Part shown: one piece after another, positions 16,101 to 22,999 of the stretch
Position numbering within the stretch: the first letter of the stretch is position 1
Layout of the letters: each line of letters begins with the position of its first letter
NCBI GenBank assembly: GCA_035288785.1
Contig: DATDZF010000027.1
Location: 1 to 41,689 of the forward strand
Reading direction: 5' to 3'
Source of the DNA: Candidatus Norongarragalinales archaeon
GTDB taxonomy: Archaea > Micrarchaeota > Micrarchaeia > Norongarragalinales > SBBD01
DNA length: 41,689 nucleotides
The notes under the pieces: model-generated
Databases searched by the model: none
What the model was told of the DNA's origin: nothing
The model's input: the letters and a program-made list of their open reading frames with translations, nothing else
Position numbers and translations under genes: made by a program

Positions 16101-18654
16101 CCAATTCTTCCTGACAAGCAGGGAAATAAGGGACGGATTGCAGTTCTGCGCAAATGTGCCCTCGGGAGAGAGCGGCTCGCATGCATTCACTATCAGCGCG
16201 CTTAGCCCAATTTCTGATGCCTACGGCAGCGTTGCCGTGAAAGTGCTGGATACGGGGGATTTCGAGACCGATATCGACGGCGCATGCATCATTGTCCATG
16301 ATTATGCAGAGCTATATCCGGTCACCATCACAAACGATGTCGCGGATGGCGATTATGCAGTGACACTTAGGGATAACGAGGCAAATGCGCGTGCGACCCC
16401 TTCGGTGCTCTACAATTTCAAGAAGGGCACAAGCCGCACGGTCTACATCTCCGCGGATCCTGACAATATAGACTACGGGGATTCATACATGCAGCTCGTA
16501 TTGAAGCGCGACGGGTCTGTTGCATTGCAGCAGGATGTTTGCATCGCATCCGCAACCAAGCGGATCGCAAGGAGGGACATCTTCTCGCAGCTTTCGCAGG
16601 GCACCCTGAATTTGCAGGCAGGCGCAAGCGCAAGCACAACCCTGACCATCAGGAACACGGGCACGAGGACAGATGACTATTTCATAAGGGTGCAAACGCC
16701 CCTTAGCGTAAGCATCTCGGAGAGTTCGTTCACATTGGATCCGGAGGAGGAGAAGAAGGTTACGATCAAGGTTTCGGCTTCCGCAACAGAGGTCGCAAAG
16801 CGCTATTCCATCCCAATAAAAATTTATTCCGGAAGGGGACAGGGCGGCGTCATATATGATGGGCCATCGGATGGCGGCTACGGCGGGATCGGGACCGCAT
16901 TTGTGAAATGCGGCAATGGCAGGACCGTTTCATTGCAATGCGATGAGGGCTCCTCGAGCTGCTCTGCAGTTTGCAAATACACCGATACCGGAAGCTACAC
17001 CCTGCAGGCAAATGTGGGCAACGAGGAGTGCAGGGACAACAGCATCCGGGTGATTCCTGAGAATTCGAACGGATGCGCAATTTCAGCGGAATCAGTGAGC
17101 CGGGAAGACACAAACACAATTGTAAAGGTCAGGTACAGCCAATTGCCCCGCGAGCCGACAAACGAGGAAATCCTGATCTCGTGCGGCAATGGCAACAGTG
17201 CAACTGCGGACGATTGCGATGGGCTTTCGGGAACGTGCAGCGCAACATGCAGCTACAGCTCCAAGGGCACATTCACCATAAATGCAAATACGGGCGGGGT
17301 CACGTGCACTCCATCTGAAATCGAGGTAACAGGCGATTCGGAGTTCTGCTCCATCTCATCCCCCGGGCTTGCGGAAGAGGACGACACCGTGACAATAGGC
17401 CTCAAGTACAGGAATGTGTATTTTGGCGGGCAATTCTACCAGAACAGTTATTCTGGCGATACGGCCGATGGGTACTACGACAGCAACGGGATTTTCCGCT
17501 ATTACGACAGCAACGGCAACGGCTACTATGACAGCTACGGGAATTGGCACAGCTACGGCACATACTATTCCGGAAGCGGCGTGCTGTTGAAGACGGAAAA
17601 CCTGGTCGTGATCGTAGGGGGCGGCGGTGCTTCCGGCACAATCACCCCGGGCGATTTGCATCCGGATGCAGTGGAAGTCCGGCGCGTGCTTTCCGCAGAG
17701 CTTCCCTCAAAGGGGAAGGCAAATGTGGCGGCGACATTCAAGAACATGCGCGATTACAAGCTTAAGGACATCGCCCTTCTAGTTGAAGGATTGCCACAGG
17801 GCGTTACGCTTACGCAGGTGGCGCCATTCGAAATCGAGGCCGGTAGCGAAAGGACAATCTATTTCAGGCTGGAGGCAAATGGCGCAAAGGAAGGGGTTTA
17901 CCATCCAACGCTCACCCTCAGGTTTGATTCGCAAAGCGTCCAGAAGGAATTTGAGCTCAAGATTGCGCCGGAAACCGAAATCCTGAAAGCCGAGATAAAA
18001 ATATTGGGAGTCGAATATGCGCAGGAAGGAGGCAGCGCCATCGCCCGCCTTAGCTTTGAGGTAACAAATAAGGAAGGGGGGCAGGTCCAGCTATCGCCGA
18101 TCTTCCGGGACATGCCGCAGAATTGGAGCGCGCAAGTCGATCCTTCCCTTGGCGTCATCAATGCCGGGGAAACGCTTCAATTCAACGCCAACATTACCGC
18201 AAAGGAATACGAGCAGAAGAGCTACACGCTCCTTCTCGAGCTTAGGAGCCCAGATGGAAGGAGGTATTCCGAGCCGGTGGCAATTGAATTCCAGAAGCTT
18301 GGCATTTTCAGCGGCCTGTTCACATTCTTTGGGGCACTAGGGCCGCTGCAGGTGCTGGTGATCCTGGCAATCCTTGCACTCGCGGTATTTGCAGTCACTT
18401 CCCGCGAGAAAGGCAAGGAAAAGGATGAGGATGATGGTGGCCCATCGGAACGCCTAAAGAGCATAAGCGAGGAAATAAGGCCAATGAAGGGGAAACAGAC
18501 AACTTTGCTTGATGAACGCAAGTACAAGAAGAAGGGGGGCGCCTACGAGGCAACCGAGGAGATAGAATCCCCCGAATACATTGAAATGGACGATGCGGAT
18601 GTGACCGACGAGGATGCCCTGAAAACCCCGCCGGAAGACGAGGAAGACGATTAA
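13189..18654 (+). CDS. giant secreted, C-terminally membrane-anchored surface protein (1821 aa): Cys-rich PKD-like modules, BNR/Asp-box domain, CarboxypepD_reg-like domain, CARDB/NEW3-like sandwiches, Tyr-rich tracts
   Basis: Signal peptide MNGRIIGLLALILLAAMITNLNA. Five xxCG[ND]G...GSCxxxCxY...G[TS][FY]T modules. STNGGLSW Asp-box (14458-14481). TLTIRNTGTRTDDY..FTLDPEEEKKVTIKV NEW3/CARDB pattern. TM helix LQVLVILAILALAVFAV followed by an acidic tail. GAGGAGGG SD before the ATG. Confidence 0.85.
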   Translation: MNGRIIGLLALILLAAMITNLNATYPPESCLDKINNDPAYGDPKIDCADRQSGGVGALTCPAGSYHPDACPNGESPFCVPGQDDYDMVYKAGWICPSGANVQLELGEEEYRQMTPESGAISPESYYGDETAESDEIDSSYYYYYDYYEEQTTTQTTTIETTYGESGAGFGSEDGQEGTINGVSYSYPSDMEVADQGIEYPAYEPDFGSGGYEGYNYDESGYNYEGRWHLQQESYFPLCGDGVCSYGEGCYSDCGPLNSYNNYNYNYFDYYDYGYAYGYCYVNSPTYAIAGDRVPIQVVFNGYAPYSVQVDCGDGGSTIAYRNGYYSYGNVMYAYCHYTYEGIFFPSAYASGTSCYSDQIIVRNRGSGGGGGYYYPTPTPTPQTNTGRPMVNLLYPTGGEIFEAGERIGIEWDGTGINNYRVLYSTNGGLSWQVLQADPYYSTSVRWTVPNLDINDLRIKVEGHSATHSLVASDTSGYIEVVGRAAISPTPYPTNYPTPTPGTPECALTAFPSALQEGESAVVTANYYSLARSPNTISIDCGNGQQKNAVDCFGTTGSCAEFCNYQGKGTFTAKAIASGTACAPVQITVSETSAEKCTDGTSFGDCSEQKPKYCDDGILVDRASICGCPSGKIASGNRCIEPFGSCTTAVSPPTVRANERATVSIDYEGIPLGTGTAQVICGNGDLESARCTRASELSGSCTAECVYGEESYYPKKYAVGAKVKGISCSSANVQVSAPSETTGTLLAKVSECVGGDVIEHAKVRIQNNEDFYTDSNGQLKVSLEPGAYNLEVSKPEFNGQSASVQIKKGQISTSEVCLKPAGCSISAELVRVPDTDDSNPVLLYQIRITNNLNSENEISLSYSSAFQIEGDQLVVIGAKESKIVNVLVRAEGAIVGRSYGMVAIKGEGDCAKNIELPISIVGGLSLELQQHDKESFADRKVCFDFLVRNRGENEGVVTLNFEGDFEGEFNVPQFFLTSREIRDGLQFCANVPSGESGSHAFTISALSPISDAYGSVAVKVLDTGDFETDIDGACIIVHDYAELYPVTITNDVADGDYAVTLRDNEANARATPSVLYNFKKGTSRTVYISADPDNIDYGDSYMQLVLKRDGSVALQQDVCIASATKRIARRDIFSQLSQGTLNLQAGASASTTLTIRNTGTRTDDYFIRVQTPLSVSISESSFTLDPEEEKKVTIKVSASATEVAKRYSIPIKIYSGRGQGGVIYDGPSDGGYGGIGTAFVKCGNGRTVSLQCDEGSSSCSAVCKYTDTGSYTLQANVGNEECRDNSIRVIPENSNGCAISAESVSREDTNTIVKVRYSQLPREPTNEEILISCGNGNSATADDCDGLSGTCSATCSYSSKGTFTINANTGGVTCTPSEIEVTGDSEFCSISSPGLAEEDDTVTIGLKYRNVYFGGQFYQNSYSGDTADGYYDSNGIFRYYDSNGNGYYDSYGNWHSYGTYYSGSGVLLKTENLVVIVGGGGASGTITPGDLHPDAVEVRRVLSAELPSKGKANVAATFKNMRDYKLKDIALLVEGLPQGVTLTQVAPFEIEAGSERTIYFRLEANGAKEGVYHPTLTLRFDSQSVQKEFELKIAPETEILKAEIKILGVEYAQEGGSAIARLSFEVTNKEGGQVQLSPIFRDMPQNWSAQVDPSLGVINAGETLQFNANITAKEYEQKSYTLLLELRSPDGRRYSEPVAIEFQKLGIFSGLFTFFGALGPLQVLVILAILALAVFAVTSREKGKEKDEDDGGPSERLKSISEEIRPMKGKQTTLLDERKYKKKGGAYEATEEIESPEYIEMDDADVTDEDALKTPPEDEEDD

Positions 18655-18665
18655 GGCGATCTGCA

Positions 18666-21600
18666 ATGCAATTGAGAATAATTTTGCTGGCCCTACTGGT
18701 ATTGCCCCTTGCGAGTGCATCGGCAATAATCCTGGATTCGACAGGGCAGGAGGCATGCGCAACGGACCAGCTGGTAATATCAGGTATATTGCAGAATGCC
18801 AAGTCCGTTGCAGACAAATACGATTTGAGCGTCACAAGCAAGGATGGGCTTTCGGCATTCGTTACCCCCAGTTTGGAAGTGGACGCATACGGAATTGCGA
18901 GATTCGACTTGTTCCTCTCGCCCGTTTGCCTCGATGCGGGAAGTTACGATTACGAAATTACCGCGGGCAGCGTCCGGGGCGAGGTAGTTTCTGAAAAAGG
19001 CAGCATCCAAATCAATAGCTGCGAGCTCATGGAGCTGCGCATCTCCCAGACGAAAACCGAGGTGTGCAACGGCGAATCAGCAAGCTTTGCGATTTCCGTG
19101 AAGAACCTTGGCAATGAGGAGCAGAACTTCACCTTGGGAACGGATTTGGAGGCGGGAACGTATACGCTCTCGAAGGATAAATTCCTTTTAAGGCCGGGTG
19201 CAGAGGGCAAGGCAACACTCAACCTGAATATACCCGCCAACCTTTATGCGCAGGGGATGCTCACATTCAAGGTTAGGTCGGAAAGCACCTACAGCTGCGG
19301 GAGCAACAGCCGCGAAGTGCAAGCTTCAATAAATGTCCGTAGATGCGATGGCGCGAAACTGACCGCCTTGCAGGATTTGCAGGTGCAAGCCAATACCAAA
19401 TCGGTTTGGAACGTCTTCATTGACAACCAGAAGACGCCAGATTCCTATGGCCTAGTACTGGAATGCGCGGATTTTGCTGCATTGCCAGTTGAACGGGTAG
19501 AGCTGGGGGAGCTTGAAAGCGCAAACATCAATATCCCAATTGCGCCAAGGCTCGAGGATGTGGGGGAATACGAATGCAGGCTTACCGCGACCTCGGAGAA
19601 ATTCAGCAAATCATATACCACAAATCTCAAGCTGAAAGTGGTGCAGGAATATGCGGTGAAACTTGAGGCACCTTCGCAAATCAAGGTGTGCATGGGGGAT
19701 GACGCTTTGATCAAGGTAAAACTATTGAATGCGGGCAAGGCGAACAAGTACGCTCTGGCGGCTCCGGGAGGGGAAGTGGCGCTTTCAACAGGCGAAATTA
19801 ATGCGGCTGAAAATTCCACGAATGAATTTGGCCTGGCAATCAAGGGCAACGCACTGGATGCGGGAGTGAACACGGTCGAAGTGGCCGTGAGGAGCCCGTA
19901 TGCCGCCGCAAAAAGCTCCACAAGGATAATCGTGGAGGATTGCTACAATTCCGCGCTTTCCGTATCGCCAAGGACAATTGAAATGTGCGCGGGCAACGGT
20001 GGCGACAATGTGGTTGTTAGGGCGGTAAATAAGGGAACCAGGGAGGATTCCTATGTGCTCTTTGTTGCAAGCAAACCGGGATTCGATACGCAGTTCTCTT
20101 CACAGGAAGCATTCCGGCTCGGGCCAGGGGAAAGCAAGGAAATCGAGTTGAAAGTGAATGCAAAGGAGGATGCTAAATCAGGTAATTACGAAATCGAGGT
20201 AAATAGCCGGGGAACTAATAGCGAGGAAAGCGCAAGCTTTTCTGTGAATGTGCTTCCGGTTAGCGTTTGCCATTCGCTAAAATTGGAGGTCGATGGGAAT
20301 TCACGGAGGACGGGCTCTGGCATTGGGAAGAGCTTTAGGATCAGCATAACCAACAATGGGCGGTTCAAGGAAAGGGCGGAATTGATATTGAAGGAAAAGC
20401 CCGCCTGGGCGTACATTACCCCCTCGTTCATAGAAGTGCTTCCGGGGACAAAGGAGGAAGCATTGATATATTTTGCACCGCCCCTAAACGAGGCGCTTGG
20501 CAATTACCCAATTGTAGTGGAGGCGCGGGGGAAATACCTAGAGCAAACTCTTGGCCTTAATGTCGAGGTAATCGCGCTGGAGGGTGGCGAAGGGCAGGAG
20601 GCAAAAATTGACCTTTCAAACGTGAAAATTCCAACAGATCTTGAAAGGGAAACTGAAACACCCATTGAAATAGACATATACAATTCAGGGGACGTTGACC
20701 TGCATAATGCAAGCATCCTATTCTCGGAGGCAGTATCAATTGTCGGGCAAAAGCCCTTTGATGTGGAGGCGGGGCAGAGAAAGAAGATTGCGCTTGTCGT
20801 TACAATTGGAAAGGAAGCCCCCGAGGATGTAATGAAAATTAAATTGGGAGTCTATGCGGCAGAAGGGTCCGCGGAAAAGGAGGTCACCATCAAGGCAGTT
20901 GAAAGCCGCCTTGATGTGGCCCAGAAGGAATCAAGGGAAGCCGAAGGCGGCTTTGATATCGCACTTGCCTTGAAAAATAACGGCGAGGAGGCCCTTAAGC
21001 TTAAGGCGCATTCGCTGGAAAATGCGAATTATTCCGAAACGGAAATCGGCTTGCAGCCTGGGGAGGAGAAGGAAATTAGGGTCAAGCTGCAGGAGGGGCG
21101 CGAAACGCTTGTGTTCGAGGACGAATTAAGCGGGAAAATATACCGGAAGAGGATAGAAGTAAGCGAAACGGGGGATATCACGGGCCTTTTCGTGGCATCG
21201 ATGGGCAGGGTGCTGCCGTTTCTGGTTGCGATAATTGCCGGCGCAATCGCGCTTTACCTGATAGTATCGAGGCGGGGAAAGATCGCAGAAAGGCTCGATG
21301 GAAAGAAGGGAGAGCTTGAGGGCGAGGATGAAAAGGGGCCTGAATTTTACGAGGAATCCGAAAGCGAGCCGGACGTTGCCGAGGAGAAAAGGGAGGAAGC
21401 GGAAGAGAACACTGCATTGGACAGGAAAGGGGAGGGGGATGGAATTGATGAGGGCGCGGATGGCTTGGAGGACGACATTGACAGGCATCACATTTTCTCG
21501 GCGGTTGCAGCGGGGAAAAAAGCGACTGTTAGAAAAAAGGCACCAGCGGCAGCGGAAAAGAAGGAAGCAAGCAAGGAGGGCAATAAAAAAACCATTGGTA

Positions 21601-21764
21601 AAATGAAACAAAAGCCATTGGTAAAAAGCCGGAAAGCCAGTAAGCAAAGCGCAGGCGGGGGGAGGAAAAACGCCTCAACGCAAACGGAAGGGCGGAGCCC
21701 GCACCCGATGCAGGATTACCACATCTATTCCGGGCCTGAAGCGAGATGGCATACCAATCAATAA
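18666..21764 (+). CDS. giant secreted, C-terminally anchored surface protein 2 (1032 aa), COG1470-like CARDB/NEW3 repeats with a long charged cytoplasmic tail
   Basis: Starts 12 nt after the stop of the previous gene. Signal peptide MQLRIILLALLVLPLASASA. Repeated units such as FAISVKNLGNEEQNFTL, VVVRAVNKGTREDSYVL..LGPGESKEIELKV and FRISITNNGRFKERAEL. TM LPFLVAIIAGAIALYLIV, then about 230 aa of E/K-rich tail. Confidence 0.85.
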   Translation: MQLRIILLALLVLPLASASAIILDSTGQEACATDQLVISGILQNAKSVADKYDLSVTSKDGLSAFVTPSLEVDAYGIARFDLFLSPVCLDAGSYDYEITAGSVRGEVVSEKGSIQINSCELMELRISQTKTEVCNGESASFAISVKNLGNEEQNFTLGTDLEAGTYTLSKDKFLLRPGAEGKATLNLNIPANLYAQGMLTFKVRSESTYSCGSNSREVQASINVRRCDGAKLTALQDLQVQANTKSVWNVFIDNQKTPDSYGLVLECADFAALPVERVELGELESANINIPIAPRLEDVGEYECRLTATSEKFSKSYTTNLKLKVVQEYAVKLEAPSQIKVCMGDDALIKVKLLNAGKANKYALAAPGGEVALSTGEINAAENSTNEFGLAIKGNALDAGVNTVEVAVRSPYAAAKSSTRIIVEDCYNSALSVSPRTIEMCAGNGGDNVVVRAVNKGTREDSYVLFVASKPGFDTQFSSQEAFRLGPGESKEIELKVNAKEDAKSGNYEIEVNSRGTNSEESASFSVNVLPVSVCHSLKLEVDGNSRRTGSGIGKSFRISITNNGRFKERAELILKEKPAWAYITPSFIEVLPGTKEEALIYFAPPLNEALGNYPIVVEARGKYLEQTLGLNVEVIALEGGEGQEAKIDLSNVKIPTDLERETETPIEIDIYNSGDVDLHNASILFSEAVSIVGQKPFDVEAGQRKKIALVVTIGKEAPEDVMKIKLGVYAAEGSAEKEVTIKAVESRLDVAQKESREAEGGFDIALALKNNGEEALKLKAHSLENANYSETEIGLQPGEEKEIRVKLQEGRETLVFEDELSGKIYRKRIEVSETGDITGLFVASMGRVLPFLVAIIAGAIALYLIVSRRGKIAERLDGKKGELEGEDEKGPEFYEESESEPDVAEEKREEAEENTALDRKGEGDGIDEGADGLEDDIDRHHIFSAVAAGKKATVRKKAPAAAEKKEASKEGNKKTIGKMKQKPLVKSRKASKQSAGGGRKNASTQTEGRSPHPMQDYHIYSGPEARWHTNQ

Positions 21765-21860
21765 GAGAAAGGGCCGCCACCGGCAAGGTGCGAATTCCAT
21801 CAATCCGTAATTTTGCGCCTTGAAAAATGGGCTTTTGGCGTTTTGCATGCCATCACAATT

Positions 21861-21868
21861 AATTTAAA
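21861..21868 (+). promoter_or_regulatory. TATA-like box (AATTTAAA) for dcd, implying a leaderless or near-leaderless mRNA
   Basis: Centre lies about 26 nt upstream of the ATG at 21891. No SD between them. Confidence 0.4.
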
Positions 21869-21890
21869 CAGCCGGAATGTTCTAATTCTC

Positions 21891-22415
21891 ATGCTTCTAA
21901 GCCGGCTGGAGATATTGAAAGCTATTAAGAAAAAAGAGATAGCTGTGACGCCCTTCGATAGGAAGTGCGTGGGGGCCGTTTCCGTTGATTTGCACCTGGG
22001 GAACGAATTTCTGCTTTTTAGGAAGCACGGGAGGGCAATTTTCGTCAAGGAAGAGACCATCTTGCCAAGAAACCATGCGCGGAAAGTGGTGCTTGGGGCC
22101 CACGAGGTGCTTCATCTAAGGCCGCACCAATTCGTTCTCGGGGTTACGAAGGAAAAAATCAAATTATCGGGGAAATTTGCCGGAAGGATTGAGGGAAGGA
22201 GCAGGTTTGCAAGGCTCGGGCTGATGGTCCACATATCATCGAGCCTGGTGCAACCCGGGAGCAATAATGTGCAGGTTCTGGAGATCGTAAACCTCTCGAC
22301 AGTCCCCCTAATTTTGAAGCCCGGAACCAGGATCTGCCAGATGACGTTCTACCCAACAAGCAGCGAGGAGAAATACGAGGGGAAATTCAGGCTGCAGAGC
22401 GGAATTAAGGTCTGA
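21891..22415 (+). CDS. dcd: dCTP deaminase
   Basis: LSRLEILKAI...VDLHLGNEF, GRIEGRSRFARLGLMVH and VLEIVNLSTVPLILKPGTRICQMTF match the Dcd/dUTPase-fold family. ATG at 21891 is preferred (N-terminal length; TATA 26 nt upstream). Confidence 0.9.
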   Translation: MLLSRLEILKAIKKKEIAVTPFDRKCVGAVSVDLHLGNEFLLFRKHGRAIFVKEETILPRNHARKVVLGAHEVLHLRPHQFVLGVTKEKIKLSGKFAGRIEGRSRFARLGLMVHISSSLVQPGSNNVQVLEIVNLSTVPLILKPGTRICQMTFYPTSSEEKYEGKFRLQSGIKV

Positions 22416-22459
22416 AAAAAGGGCGGAAATGTCTAAATTTGGCGCGAAAAAGAAGGCTA

Positions 22460-22481
22460 ATTCAACTTGTTTTGGTTGAAT
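22460..22481 (-). terminator. hairpin plus T5 tract downstream of the relE-like gene
   Basis: ATTCAAC-N8-GTTGAAT. On the minus strand it is followed by TAGCCTTCTTTTTCG. Confidence 0.4.
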
Positions 22482-22502
22482 CAAGGAAAATCCAGGCTTA
22501 TT

Positions 22503-22751
22503 TCAAAAGCGGTAAGCTGTTTTTCTGTGCTCCAAGAAAGCAAAATAAATCGTGTCGCCTTTTTGGGAATAAATTATCCTGAAAACCTCGATCCGCTCGC
22601 TCCGGTAATTCTGCATTGGTGCATGCAGGGGCTTTCCTAATTCGGGCATTTGAAGGATTTTATCCATTCTCCTTAAAATTAGCCGTTGTTGGTTCTTATC
22701 CAATTTTTTCAGCGAATTTTCAAATTCCTTAGTCAGAACGAACGGGTGCAT
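22503..22751 (-). CDS. RelE/ParE-family type II toxin
   Basis: About 82 aa. Pattern LKKLDKNQQRLILRRMDKILQMPELGKPLHAPMQNYRSERIEVFRIIYSQKGDTIYFAFLEHRKTAY fits RelE/ParE (..gk.L.g.l.g.ys.R.g.yRiiY.....i.i..i.hRk.aY). Confidence 0.75.
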   Translation of the reverse strand: MHPFVLTKEFENSLKKLDKNQQRLILRRMDKILQMPELGKPLHAPMQNYRSERIEVFRIIYSQKGDTIYFAFLEHRKTAYRF

Positions 22752-22953
22752 CAAGCTTCAGCTCCCTCCGAAGATGCCGGAGATGCCTGTACTTTTTGCC
22801 TCCACGCTGTTCCACTTCCCTAACCGCACGCCAGAATTCGGGCTTAGAAAACAGTTCCAGATCCTCCAAATAGCCCGCGAATTCACCCTTCAGGCGTTTT
22901 GCCTCAAGCATCATTTTTCTTCCGTAAGCGTCAGTCTTTTCGAATTTATACAT
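22729..22953 (-). CDS. putative cognate antitoxin (unclassified)
   Basis: Small ORF directly upstream of the toxin and overlapping it by 23 nt. No recognisable RHH/AbrB/Phd motif. Start chosen at the ATG at 22953, because the longer form to 23010 would overlap the recJ-like stop. Confidence 0.45.
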   Translation of the reverse strand: MYKFEKTDAYGRKMMLEAKRLKGEFAGYLEDLELFSKPEFWRAVREVEQRGGKKYRHLRHLRRELKLDAPVRSD

Positions 22954-22999
22954 ACCTAACACTACATATGGTTTCTGCTGTTTGCAATTATAAGCCTTG

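Noticed and set aside
14026-17330. Possibility that the PKD-like modules are DGR variable/template repeats or recombination cassettes
   Set aside because: The modules share protein pattern only. Their DNA sequences are highly divergent by eye. No reverse transcriptase and no adenine-specific mismatch pair are visible in the window.
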